From Camelus ferus (lineage: Eukaryota): a stretch of DNA of 64,000 nt. The stretch is taken from the NCBI RefSeq assembly GCF_009834535.1, contig NC_045697.1:37884001-37948000 (forward strand), written 5' to 3'. Made by a program: the position numbers and the translations under genes. The notes below the pieces were generated by a model. That model worked only from the letters and a program-made list of their open reading frames with translations, was not told the DNA's origin and made no database searches. How positions within the stretch are numbered: position 1 is the first letter of the stretch; the number at the start of each line of letters is the position of its first letter. Below are positions 14,448 to 28,250 of this stretch, piece after piece.

Positions 14448-16082
14448 TAGCAGAGCTGAGAGTCAGCTCTCCATCCCTGACTTCCCAGCAAGAACTGTGC
14501 TGTGAACAGAACTGGCTGCTCTCCCTCTGATATTTTTAGTGCTGTTGATAAATTTATACAGCCTTTACACTTAAGAGGAAAAGCTTTTAGGATCCCTTGG
14601 GTTTGCCTTGAAACATTTATCATGTATATAGTTCTAACCAAAATGTCTCCAGACTCCAGAAATTTGATAGGAAATTACTTTTTGATCATGGGTTAAAAAT
14701 GTTTGTTATGCTGTAAGGCTTTGGTTATACAATAAAATTGACTGTAAATAGTTGTAGTTGTTGACCAGATGATTACAAAATAGCCTTTAAATTTGCCTTG
14801 CTGTGCCTCAGGTAAAAGATACACAGGACAATTTTTTAAATAAGGAATTGAAGGTGAATACCATAAAGCAGCTTCAATTAATGTCAGGCAGCAGAAGAGG
14901 GGCAGAATTAGAAACAAATTGTTCTGGTGCTATCTCTGTCCTTTGTTGCAAACTGCTGGCTGCCTAGGAACAGTCCTTTTCTGTATAACCAGAGGAACTT
15001 GTTGCAAAAGATGACAGAAGGAAAGAGCTATGCAAATCTGCTTGGGAGGGGAATACACCTCAGCGAACCCCACTTCACCCAGTTAAACTTCATCTCTTCA
15101 TTTGTTTACTGTGGGGCTGGCTGGGGTTTTATTTGTTTTTTAATTTTAACCTATTCCTGAAGAGTTAGAACTAGATTTTACTATATTTAAAATAGAAAAG
15201 CAGACAAAGCTAATCTACGTGATGGGTGGCTCCGAAGGGCTTACTGTTGGGAGGTTTGGGATGGGGGGCGGTGCCTGGAAGGGAGTACAAGGAGGTGCTG
15301 GTTGTGTTCTGCTTCTTCATCTGGGTGCTGGTCGTATGGGTGGGATGGGCTGGTTTAGTCTGTGAAATTCCATTAGGCTGTATCCTTATTGTATTTTTAC
15401 AATGAGTGTATGAGATCACATTTTTTAAAACATCTGGATTTTTATTTTTAAAAAGTTTTAATGAATAAAAATTTATTTTATTCATTTTAAAATCAGCATT
15501 TCTTCTGACTTCTTCTAGGGCAGAGGTGTGAGAAGCAGATAGGAAGATAGATCTCAATCCTCACAGTCCCTCAAAGTATAATTTCTTTTTTTTTTTTAAT
15601 ATGGAAAGGAATGCACAGTTCTCCCTGTCTCTGTCCTGTCCCTCTTTCTGCCTTTGTACGTGACTGTGTCTCTTGTGCCCCCTGACCTCAGGGATCCCAC
15701 CTGGTCCTGGCTCACAGGTCATGCAGGCACTGTTCCTGACCATCTTCATCTGGCATTAGTGCCAGGGACCAGAGACCGCGGTCGGGCTCTGAGTGCACAG
15801 ACCCCGTCCTGGTGATGGCCACGTGACCCAGAAGGCTTTTACATCACGAAGCAGACCTGAGTTTGTCCCAGCCATGTCACTAGCCTACTGTGAAACCTTG
15901 AGCCAAATTCCCTGACTTCACTTCCTCACTTCCACTCACTCCCTCATTGCCACAAAAAAGGGAGGTGTTAGACTCGATGACTTCTAGGGCCCTTTCCTAA
16001 GTCTGATCTGGTTTAACAGTAAGGAAAGGAGTGACGCTGGATGAGTCCCGGAGAGAGAGGTGCTAAGTGCGTTCTGCTCTGA

Positions 16083-16313
<231 letters not shown>

Positions 16314-18896
16314 TGAGCCACTGGGCATACGCAAAACTCTGCAGGCGCAGCAGAAGCACTCCCCCGAGCGTTAATGGAAGCTGGGAAGTAGGAGACCTGC
16401 CCGATCCACTTTGCATTAGAGGAGTCTGGGCTCTGATTGTAGCTTTACAGAGCCAACATGCCCGAGGGTACCTCGCAGTTATACATCACAGTAACCATAA
16501 CCGCCAAAACCTGAGAGAGACCGACTGAGCAGCGGTGCCTTCAGTAATGAGAGTGAAGTGCAGAGTCCTCAGGAGGCCCTGCGTGAGGATGGAGAAACGG
16601 GATGTGGGGTTTCCCTCAGTGGGGTTGAAGTTGGTCTTCAAGGTCTGGATATTTCCAGTACTCAGTGAGCTTTCTCCTCAGGTTTGATTCCAGTGTATGT
16701 TCTTTCTCTGTTGCTGTAGGACAATGAAAGGCCTCCGTGGCTCAAGGAATGACTTTAAAGGACTGCTTATTGACAGTCTTTCTCAATTTGTGAATTATTT
16801 ATTGGCTCCAGCCTATCAGCCGGGATCTCCCCCATCTAATTCCTCTGACCTTAAGTCAGTCTTTCCTCCCTGAGCTTCCTGGCATCTTGGTGCCGCCCGT
16901 GTCACAGTTTGAGCTGTCATTCCTGGAGAGCAGTCCTAGGTTTTCACCAAAAGGAACATTCCAAAGCACTTTGGTAACCCACTGTCTTGCAACCTATTAG
17001 CATTATACATCTTTCTTGGAGTTTTCTCTGCTGGCTGGACTCCAACGCCCACCCTACCTCCTATATAAACAGTCAAGGAAAGGCTGCCCAGACAGCCACA
17101 AAATAGCTTTTAGACACTTCTTTCCGAAGCTTTCTGAAACTTGTAAATTGCCCACCTGTCCTTCAAGAGATCATCTGCAGTCATTTGGGCAGTATGGGAA
17201 CTGGTTTCAGGCACTCACTGAGAGAGAACACATGGGGCATTTGCCAGCTGCAGGGTCTGCTAGAAATGATGGGGGCTTGGGAGTCGGATGGGCCTGAGTC
17301 TGAATTCTGGCTCATTTAATAACTTCTCTGAGCCTCAGAACCTTTGTCTGGAATTAGGGACAGGTACTAATTTCAGAGGGTGCTGGTTGAAAAGGAAGTA
17401 TGTCTCCTTGTCTTCAAAGTCTAGAGGGTCTGCCCCGAGTCACTTTCTATTACATTGTTCTGTTATTTTTTTCTTCAGAGTACCATCTCTACCTGAAATT
17501 ATCTTGGTTGTTGATTTTTTTTTTTAACTTGTTTCGTCTCTTGCTACTAGAATGTGAGTTCATGAGGGCTGAGATCTTACCTGACTTATCTACTGCTTTA
17601 TCCCTCATGAGAGATGCCACGCTTAGTAGACACTCAATAAGTAACTAATGAACAAATGAATAATTAAATACTACACAGTCTAGACCCTCTGTAAATATGA
17701 GCCTTCCACCTGCCTCCCCTTTCCTGGATTGTAATCCGAATTTACTCTTACAAATCTCTTCCCTCATAGGTAATTTCTCTGCATTCAGAGTAGGTCACTT
17801 GGCGGTGGCTTGAATGCTCAGACACTTGCTTCAACTTTTGATCCTACAGTGACTTATTCTTAAAGCCCTCTGATTTAAAACTATTTTCATGTTGTCTTTA
17901 TTTTTAACTTATAAAAATAGAATCATTAATTTGTTAAGTGGCTAAGCCTAGTAAACATTAAGAGACTACAGTAGATTGTTTATAGAGAGCAAGTTTTCAA
18001 AAGAAATTAACATAGGTAGACTTTGGTGGACTGTCATTAGCTGTCATCAGCTAAGTCCTACCTCCAGGTTCATATGGAATAGCTTGATCCTTGGTTCTCT
18101 TTCCTGAATCAACCTTGTAGGGGCTCCCTCTGGGCTCCAGAGCCTCAGACTCGTGCCTGTTGTCAATGGACAGCTTTGTTTCTTTAGTCGAGTCCCTGAC
18201 TAGCCTGACTACTTCCTGATGAAAGTAGGGAAGTCCTTAATTTGCTCTTCTGACGCCAGTCCTTGGAAAACCTGCCCTCTTCCCATTTTCCTGGTAGCTG
18301 GAGAAGAAAGAGGAAGATGATACTTTGAATATTTCTACTCCTGAAACAAAATCTCTGTGACTAGGCTCTCTAATCAGAAAGGGATATCGTTTTGGTTTTT
18401 CTCTTGCAGTCTACATTCCTCCTCTTTTTGAGAAGCCCCACCCTTAGCCTTCACTTCCAGTGATTTTCTTCATTGGCTGGAACCAGTCAAGTCAGCATTC
18501 AAGGTTCCCCTAGCAACAGCTCAGGGTGGGGTCCTTTAGGACATGTTTTTCTGACAGCAGACTATAAGAAAGAAGACCTAAAACCAGGCTTAGGTGAAGA
18601 TAATAAAGATGCAGAGTAGTCTCACTGCCAAGAGTACACCACAAGGGAGGGAGACAGAGCTGACCTCTGTGCTTGAGGCACTGGAAGAAGGAGAAAAAGG
18701 ACGTGTCAGTGTGGAATTCTCTACCCGGGGCCACTGAAGTGCCCCTGGCTGAGGAGCACACCTCCTTCCCCCACAGGGCCGGTCTTCTCCCCGTATTTGG
18801 GAAATTACATCAGGATGATTTTCTAGTCATAAAGAACAGAATAGGTAGATAAATGTGTTCTGCTGACTATGATTTTTTAATTCTCCAAGTCTCTGA

Positions 18897-19109
<213 letters not shown>

Positions 19110-19489
19110 TAGTCCTCAGAAGTTATTTATGCATATTCCTTCACTCTTTTCTTTCCTGCTCTAAGTAGTTGGCTAATCTATCAAATACTCGTTTTGACAA
19201 GACTCTGGGTTTTGATCCTCCTGTCTGTAAAAGGAGAGCGTTTTACTGGAACGCTCTCTGGCCCCATCCAGCCCTGGCATTCTGTGACTCTATCCTGTGC
19301 CCACGTTTGGGGGCCTACCCTCCATCCATGTGTCTACCCAGCATGTGAGCACTAGTATACCATCTGAGTTGGTATCATTCCGGTGAAAGCAAAAAAACCC
19401 GACTTTTTAGTTAGCTCATGTTGACTTACCACAGGCACAGTTTTTACTGGGCTTTTGAAATATGAAGCATGGAATAGTACTGTTCACCA

Positions 19490-19710
19490 TTTATCAAGTG
19501 CTTATTTTGTGCCAGCTGAGGGCATTATATGTGGCCTCACAGTGCTCACTTGAGGAGGGTACAATCTTATTCTCATTTTACAGATCAAGCATCTGAGGCA
19601 CAGAGAGGTTAAGCAACTTATCTAAAGTTACACTGTTTATAAATGGTAAAGCTGAGTTTGAACTCAGCCTGAATTTGTAGTCTGGCTCTGGAGTCTGAGC
19701 TCTTAATTAC
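19490..19710 (-). mobile_element. MIR SINE
   Basis: Core CATTTTACAGATCAAGCATCTGAGGCACAGAGAGGTTAAGCAACTT. Confidence 0.75.
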
Positions 19711-19863
19711 TAGTTTGGAGGACCGTTGAAGAAGCGGGCTTTCCTTCGTGTTTATTTATAGTTATTAGTGTAATCTAAGCATGTGACTTTTTAATACCTG
19801 GAAGATTGACAATGGAAGTATGAAGGATGGTGTTTTGCCCAGGTCTGTGACAGCCTTTTCTAA

Positions 19864-20214
<351 letters not shown>

Positions 20215-20530
20215 GATAACCTCAATCAGGTGACAGGTTCAATTCCTAAAGACAAGTCTAGAGACCAAAGTACAGTTTCTGTGGAACTGTTTAAAACTCT
20301 CTGTTCCATTTCTGTACCCAAAAGTCTTCACTGAATGAGCAAAGCAATACCTCTCAAAACAATGAGTCTTCCAAGAAGAAATACTTCTGGCAGACCCGGA
20401 AGTGCTGTGTCTACTTTCTGAGATGCGTTATAACACCAATCAAGTGCTAAAAAGTAGATGAGACTTCTCCAAGCTGCTTCAGAAACAAACTAACCAAGAC
20501 ATACAGACAGCTTCAGACGTACACATAAAA

Positions 20531-20548
20531 CACACACACACACACACA
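20531..20548. repeat. (CA)n microsatellite in SRD5A3 3' UTR
   Basis: Direct observation. Confidence 0.85.
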
Positions 20549-20855
20549 AAGGAAGAGAGAAGGTTATCTGTGGACTATAGAGCAAGCAGTATAGTGGGTG
20601 CTCAGTAAGTGCTTGTTGCATTTCAGTCAAAGCAGAATAGCCTTTAAAAATAACAACAATGTGTAATTGCACACCAGTGGATTCAGGGAAAAATGAGTTT
20701 GTTGGAGTTGGTTTATACCTTTACTTATTGCCACAAAGGCTTCCAGTTATGTAACCATCAGTAATCATCTCCCCCTCAAATCATAGCCTAACAAAAAGTT
20801 TGAAACCTCTTTTATTTAATACTTTTTTGACAGCTTTTTCAAGCGAGTACCTTAA

Positions 20856-20861
20856 AATAAA
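20856..20861 (+). terminator. Candidate proximal polyadenylation signal of SRD5A3
   Basis: AATAAA ~640 nt after the stop codon, followed by T-rich sequence; another AATAAA at 21488-21493. Usage is not determinable from sequence. Confidence 0.45.
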
Positions 20862-22341
20862 ATATTTTTATATTTATATCTAAAAAGCCTTCATGAGTGG
20901 AACTGAGTGACGCTCCGGATTGGGTAGTGCTGTAGCCTCATTCATATGTTGTTATTCACATTGGATTAATGTCTGTCTGGGTTTCTTTTAACTAATAGAA
21001 TGGATCCAAAGATATTTTAAACTAAAGTTTACACTTAAAATAGCCTATGTTAAAGAAAATGCCCATGATCAAGTCAAGTGGATATAAATGCATGGTGTGA
21101 AAGTAGAAAATAATACCGTAGCCTGAGCATCACAGTAAAAACTGCATATTCATGCAGCATAAGATTTACTGGCTGATTGGCTGAGGTGTTAACTTTGTTC
21201 CTTTTATGCAGATGTCTTCTTATAGTGTACTGGGTACTAAGGTTTTGCACTAAGATGTACCATGCTCTGGGGGAAAGAACCTTATTACTAACCAGGCCCA
21301 TATGGAATGCAGTCTAAGAATATCCCCCACCCCCATCCCTGGAGGGGTAAACCAAAGCTGTTAAACAGACCCTTTTAATGTGAGTTTCAGTGTATGTGTA
21401 TCAGCGCATATTGTGAAGTTCTTAGAATTCTGATGTAGACTTTTCTCCCTCAACAATCAAATACCACTTCCATCAGCTGTGCATTCAAATAAATGACATA
21501 CTCATTTCATTTATCATTTAGATTTGCCATCCTCAGGACCAAGACTCAGGAACAAAATTCGCTACGCTAGAATTGTGAAGCATTTTACTTTTTGGTCTTA
21601 ATGTCCACATGAATGGCATAAATGATTTTTAGTAGCATATTATTGGGAGAGAAAAATGTATTTTGCTTTTGCATGCAGTTTTATACTAGGTTAGACTAGG
21701 AATTTGGCTGCTGTTCTGGAATTTCATTGTACTTTTAAGTAAAATAATGAGCATCCCCTGTGAAGGATCCTGTCGCGGTGAGAGAGCGTTTCCAGCTTGC
21801 CTCGCAGTCCCTCACACACTTCTGTCTCCTGCTCTCCCTTCCCCCTCCTTGCCCAAACACTGCATTTTTAGGTGAATACAAAACAAAAGAAATAGTGATG
21901 TCCTCAAAGGGGCTCAGAAGAAAGTCATGTGGTCTTTGATGAAAGCTCAGCCACAGGGTATAATTGAAAATTGTGCTGTGCTTGCAAGATCACAGGCAGC
22001 ATTGCTCTTTGTGTTAGTGAAAATATTCCAGGTGCCTAAAGGGAGAGCACCAGAGAGTTTGCAAATTCCTCAGAAATAGCTTGGGGGTGGAGAGTCTTGA
22101 TTTTCCTATTGGCTTAGTTCTAAAGCTTTAATCTTTCATTTTCTGTTACTATTAAGTTTGGGGAAGTGATACTGATTTCCCATAACAGCGTTGCCTGGAT
22201 TAACTACTGACTGTAAAAGTGCTGAAAATAGCCTTTGTTTTTAAGTCTCCAAGTTGTAGCTCATCCTCTTTACTAACATTTGCTTTCAGTTAGCATGGAT
22301 TATTTTATCTCTGCAAAGCTTTGTTCTATATTATGTTTTTA

Positions 22342-22469
22342 TTATTTGGTTTTTTGAGGGGGGTAATTAAGTTTAATAATTTGTTTATTTTAATGGAAAT
22401 ACTGGGGACTGAACCCAGGACCTCACACTTGCTAAACACACACTCTGCCACTGAGCTATACCCTCCTTC
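22342..22469 (-). mobile_element. tRNA-Ala-derived SINE (camelid Vic-1-type)
   Basis: Reverse complement reads GGAGGGTATAGCTCAGTGGCAGAG...GGTCCTGGGTTCAGTCCCCAG (A and B boxes); 20-bp TSD at 22322-22341 and 22470-22489 (2 mismatches). Confidence 0.85.
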
Positions 22470-22810
22470 TGTTCTGTATTATATTTTTAATTCAATGAGT
22501 GGTTATTGCTAGAGTTCCTACCCCCCCAAAAAAGCCTTTGCCAATATTTTATATGAAGCTTAATAGTTTAAAGAGACTGTAAATATCTGCATAACTAAAG
22601 TTACCTGAGAACTCAAGGAGCATTCATAAGCAGTGTATCTCAAAATGAATTGGTATATTAAAGGAGATCTTAAAATAGTAAATGAACAAGTAGAAATCTT
22701 TTACACCGACCTAAGCAATTTCTGTCCACTTGCCCACATTGTCTATCAGAAAAAAATACTCAGCTGATTTTTGTTAGGTGTCTTATATTAGTCTAACCTA
22801 TGATTTTTCT

Positions 22811-22928
22811 TTTTTGGGGGGAGGTGGTAATGAGGTTTATTTATTTATTCTAATGGAGGTACTAGGGATTGAACCCAGGACCTCGTGCATCCTAGGTGTG
22901 CACTCTGCCACTGAGCTATACCCTTCCC
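22811..22928 (-). mobile_element. tRNA-Ala-derived SINE (camelid Vic-1-type)
   Basis: Same family; 18-bp TSD CTAACCTA(T/A)GATTTTTCT at 22793-22810 and 22929-22946. Confidence 0.88.
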
Positions 22929-23749
22929 CTAACCTAAGATTTTTCTGATGGACAAGAAACAGTGGATGTGGCAGTGATCCCTAAATAATTCACATGATGC
23001 ATTCTTCATCCTTTTTCTCAAATACCAGTGGTCTAGAAAGCCATGTATTGGTTTTGGGGAAAGCAAAATGTAATTATCCAAATAACTTATAAAAAGCTAC
23101 TCTTTGCACATAATTGAGAAATATCAGGTCTCTTTCTTCAAAAGAACATTTGAAGTACTTAGAAGACAAAAGAATACAAGGGGTTTCTGTAGAAAACACA
23201 AATCTGCCCCTCTGGGTAAAACCTCATAGCACATGTGCAGTTTTTATCAGGGCCCCCTGGCCTACGTGGCATCTTGCTGTGCATTAGGAAAGTTGTTACT
23301 CTAGGAACATCCCCATGAGAACAGAAATGAACCTTTGTGGGCACAAAAGGCAGCTGGTGATGGGGCTGCAGCTCAATGAGTAGAGCTTGAGCTGGATCTC
23401 AGCCCACTCACCCTTCAGACTGCTGTCCCTTGTGCAGTGCACAAACCGCACAACCTTCCACGGAGACCCTGCTCATCGTGCTGCCTGTCTGCAGATTCTG
23501 TTCACTCTTGAAGAAAACAAGACTATATCACATGGAATCATCTCATTGAGAAAGATAAGAATAAACTAGGAGAAGGGGGAAGTAACTCCACAAAACATCT
23601 GTACTTCCATGCACAAAAAGAGGAGTTCGGTGGTTAGCAGGTAAGTGACCCTTAAACAACAGAATGTCTGCTCAAACGCTGGGATGCCAGCCCCAGGTGG
23701 AGAGATTTTGCTTCTCTGACTACCAGCTCCTGTCTTTCCAGCTTATTCT

Positions 23750-25320
23750 AGTACAGTAGCTCCAACAGTATTTCCATCTCATTGGGACCTCCAATCTATT
23801 GATGTCAAGACATGGCTATTGTCCTTCACCTCTCCTGAATTTTTTCTTACCTCCTTAACCCTGCTTAAATTGCAAGTGAATCACTCTAATTCATCCCTTT
23901 GTATATATCCCCAACTCTCTGTCCTCCCCACATTGCTTCTTCCTGCTGATTTCACCAAGGCACACCCCTGGTTAAATTCAACCCTCCTTCCTTTGCGTGT
24001 GCATCTGTGCAGCTGGACTATGGCAGGAGAAATATAATCCACAGACAGCCCCTTTAAATCCAGGGCCGCTGACCTCAAGGGGTCCTCACTGCTGCGGTCA
24101 TGCTAACATCCCTAGTCCATTCACTCTCTCAATGCTGATTATGCCACATCTCTGTCCTCAGGGAAATGAAGCTGTTGGAAGAGAACTTCCACAGGTTACC
24201 ACCACCACCTCCACGCAGCTAAGCATCTGCCTGTGTGTGCGGTCTGCCATCACTATTGCTGAAGGATACTTTTTTTTTAAAAGGATGTAAAATCATGATT
24301 CTTGTACAAATGTAAAACGAACATATACCAAAGATTTTATTGAACTCATTAATTAATGAAGGAACCAGTGAGATGTTGGAAGCAGTTCTAAGAAGAATTT
24401 CAAAGAGCAGCACATAGGGATAATGAGGCATGCCAAAAGGAATTTGCTTAATAAACGCAAACTAGCTTCAGTAGTTGGGGAGGGAAATCAATTGTGCTTC
24501 CATTGGACAAAATTCTTTTGTATATATATGGAAAAGAATTTTTTGCATTCCTACCAACTGTGACTTACAAAGTTGCAAAATAGCTCAAAGGCAGGGTGCA
24601 GGGTAACCTGAAGAGTGTGCTAGACAGGATACCAGTAATGTTCTTTGCTCATCTCAAAGTCATTTATAATTTTTTCCTGAAACCACAGTCTCTCTGGATT
24701 TCTGCCCAAACCTAGGCCCTCTCCTTGGGCACTAGATTCTACCTAAGGACATTGGTTTGCCATTCTTCCTCCTAAAGATCATCAAATTTTCTGCCCTTTC
24801 TTGATCTTCCCATCAGCAGATAAATATCTTTTTAAAACCTAATCCTACTTCCCTCACCAGCTACCACCTGGTTTTTCTAGTGCCTTTGCAGCAAAACTGG
24901 AAAGATTTATTTGATTCTTACTAGCTCAGTGCTTTTCCTCTCACTGCTAACTCACTCCAGTCACTGTCTACACCTCACAGCTCCACCGACACTGCTCTGG
25001 AAAAGTCTCCAGCAGCCATGCTAAGTCCCGTGGCAGCTTCTCAGGATCCATACAAATGCAGCGCCAGTGACCAGTCACTTCACCTTGTACGTTAACTGAC
25101 TCCAGCGCGCCACACACTCTGGGCTTTCCTCCTGCTTCCCTGGTCGTTCTTCCCAGGTTTCTCTGCTGATGGCTTCTCTTTATCCTGACTCCTGAACGTA
25201 AGAATACGCCAGTTCCCTGTTCCTACTCCTCTTCTCTGTCAATGGATGGTGACCTCATCCAGTCTCATGACTTTAAATACTATTTATATACAGACAACTT
25301 CTAAATATACATATCCAGTC
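23750..25320 (+). mobile_element. L2 ORF2-region fragments with an unidentified insertion at ~24270-24670
   Basis: C/T-rich L2-like text (CCCTGGTTAAATTCAACCCTCC, ACTCACTCCAGTC...CTCCACCGACACTGCTCT, GACCTCATCCAGTCTCATGACTTTAAATAC). Confidence 0.6.
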
Positions 25321-25322
25321 TA

Positions 25323-25460
25323 GGGAGAGAGTATAGCTCAAGTGTAGGGCGCATGCTCAGCGTGCACAAGGTCCTGAGTTCTAATCCCCAGAACCTCCAT
25401 TAAATAAATAGACCTAATTACCTCCTCCACTCCCCCCACCAAAAAAAAAAAAAACAAAAC
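25323..25460 (+). mobile_element. tRNA-Ala-derived SINE (camelid Vic-1-type) with A tail
   Basis: GTATAGCTCAAGTGTAGGGCGCATGCTCAGCGTGCACAAGGTCCTGAGTTCTAATCCCCAG...TAAATAAATAGACCTAATTACCTCC...A14. Confidence 0.85.
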
Positions 25461-27254
25461 AGCCACAATCATGATTTATATGCTTTAATATTTTTCCCTT
25501 CTAGGACCAGCTTCCCAGTTTGTCAAGTTGTTAAGTTTTGTTGTTGTTCTTGTTGTTTTTTATGTAAGAGGGACATAGCCTCTTAATTCAGATGAATTTT
25601 ATTTGCAGTCCCTGGATTGCATTCTCTGGAATGTTTGGTAGTTTAGAATCAGAAGCACCTGATTGTATAAGGGTGTGTCAGAGTGAATAACATCTAAGTA
25701 TGCCATTTTTGGCATGGATACTAATAAATTTTACTTACTCATAGAATGTAGAATTATCAAGATCAACAGGAATTTGCGGTCATGGATTGACATTAACTCT
25801 GGTTAGTAGAGGTTGGGAAAGATCCTGGCTGCCTGTAGACTGAGTACTTATTACAGCTTCCCTGCAGAATCCAAGCCTGCTTTCCATTTTCATGACTCAA
25901 CAAGGTCTGTTTTTATTACCATAAAATTCAAACTTTTATATAGCAAGTGGCACAAGAGAGCCCTGAGGGCAAGTACTTCTGCTACTTGATGGAGCAGCAG
26001 CACCCTGATTTGCCCACCCTAGGAGACAGTTTTTACTGAGAAGTTACAGGCAAAATTATAGAGTTTGCTCCTTCCATTCAGCATCTCCCATTGCTGATTA
26101 GATTTCATGAGTCAGCAGTCTTTCATAGTTAGATTAAAAAATCACCTTTGGAAATTCAAGGTAAAGAATAATGCCATCTTAATCTTGGGCCTAGTAAAGT
26201 ATTAATTCCTCTCAGGAAACAAAGAAGAAAAAAATGGAAGTCAGTTATGAGATTTTCTTTCAGTCTGGGCGAAGGCAGAAAGGCTCCTGCCAAGCTCAGG
26301 GGAATTTTACGTGCAGGCCCATTTGGAGAAGGGGTACAGGAAACACCATGCTTACTAATGATATTCCTCATCCTGGATCAGAGTTTTTGCACTGACTTTG
26401 ATCAGTTCCGTGCCTTATATGAAAAGATCACTGATCTGTGTCCAGGTCTTTACATGTTACCCCTCTGAGAACGGAAGAATAGCAATTTATTTATTCAACT
26501 GAATTTATCTAACATCTGCCTTATGCAAAGCACGGAGGTAGGCTCTGTGGCGCACACAGGGTTACATAAGACAAGATTCCTGCTCTCAGGGAGCACACAT
26601 TTCAGTATGACGATGACACAGATTTATCAATCTCTGTTACCTTAAGTTAAGGTCATGGAGGAAATCCATCAGTGTCATCATGTCCCCTTCACCTCATGTT
26701 GTCTTCCTTACAGTTCAAATCCTGACGCTCGATAGACTGTAGGACCATATGCAGCTTGGTGAGCGTGCAAGCTGTGTGGTCTCACGGGGCCCTGCTCTCA
26801 GGAAGGCCTCATACATGGTTTAATCCTCTGCTGTTGCTGCCTCAAAAATCTTAATAATTTTATTTTTGTACTTGTGTTTAGTAAGTGACAACTCATGGGA
26901 CAATGGAATATGCACATGAGCAGTGGAAGCACAACCAGAGGTGATGCGTACGTGTGTGCAGAGGGCTGGGCAGCACAGGTAACCCAGCAGGCACATGCAT
27001 GCCTCAGAGTAGGGCAGGGCGCAGCCAGACAGCGCCTGGGCCTGCACGGCGGGGGGGTACGGTGACAGCAACAGCAGAAGCAGAGGCAGCAGTTGTGGCA
27101 GCCCTGGCTCCGCAGACTAGATAGGGAGGGGCCCTGCATGGGGACAGCACCAGGGCCTGCATTGGGACGCCAGCTTGCCAATCCCTGTCATCTGCACCAG
27201 TATCAGCTTCCCAGCCTGACACTGGGACAGGAGCTGCTGGCACTCAGGCAGCAA

Positions 27255-27657
27255 ACTGTTGTTTATCTATTTTATATATAGCGGTTAATTAGTATCTGCA
27301 AATTTCAAATGCCCAATTTATCCCTTCCCACCCCATTCCCCCTCATAACCATAAGTTTGTTTTTTACGTCTATCTGTTTCTGTTTTATAAATTTGTTCAT
27401 TTATGTCTTTTTTTTTTAGATTCCACGTATGAGTGATATCATATGGTATTTGTCTTTCTCTTTCTGGCTTACTTCACTTAGAATGATGATCTCCAGGTCC
27501 ATCCATGTTGCAGCAAATGGCATTATTTTCATTTTAATGGCTGAGTAGTAGTCCATTGTATAAATATACCATGGCTTCTTTATCCAGTCATCTGTCAATG
27601 GACATTTAGGTTGCTTCCATGTTTTCACTATTGTAAATAGTGCTGCTGTGAACATTA
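27255..27657 (-). mobile_element. L1 3' region (ORF2 C-terminus + partial 3' UTR)
   Basis: ORF 27416-27724(-) contains MFTAALFTIVKTWKQPKCPLTDDWIKKPWYIYTMDYYSAIK; similar to 53828-54250. Confidence 0.9.
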
Positions 27658-27783
27658 GAATTCTTAAAGGGTTTAGAATCTTTAGTTTTGAAAACTGCTG
27701 CAACATCATAAAGCAAATAATCACACACGTAGAAATAGAAATTAAATATAAAGATCATCACAGTCTACAGAAAAGAACACTAT

Positions 27784-28250
27784 AAAGAAGATGTGGTATA
27801 TAGACAATGGAATATTACTTAGCCATAAAAAGAATGAAAGTTTGCCATTTGCAACATGGATGGACTTGGAGGGTGTTTTACTTAGTGGAATAAGTCAGAG
27901 AAGGACAAATACTGAATGTTATCGCTTATATGTGGAATCTAAAAAGTAAAAGAAACAAATGAATATAACAAAACAGAAACAGACTCACTAACACAGGGAA
28001 CAAACTAGTGGTGACCAGTGAGGAGAGGGGTGGGAGGAGGAGCAATGTATGGGTAGGGGATTAAGAGATACAAACTACTAGGAATAAAATAAATAAGATA
28101 CAAGGATGTGATGTACAGCAGAGCAAATATAGCCAATATTTTATAATAACTTTATATAGAGTATAATCTATAAAGATATCGAATCACTCTGTTGTACACC
28201 GAAACTAATAGAATATTATGTTACTGAAGTCAACTATACTTCAATTTTTA
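27784..28250 (+). mobile_element. L1 3' end
   Basis: AAGAAGATGTGGTATATAGACAATGGAATATTACTTAGCCATAAAAAGAATG...GTCAACTATACTTCAAT; candidate TSD AAAAGAACACTAT / AAAAAACACTAT. Confidence 0.88.

Noticed and set aside
25323..25400. tRNA-Ala-like sequence
   Set aside because: Degenerate stems, SINE body and A tail, and two related copies with TSDs: a SINE, not a tRNA gene.
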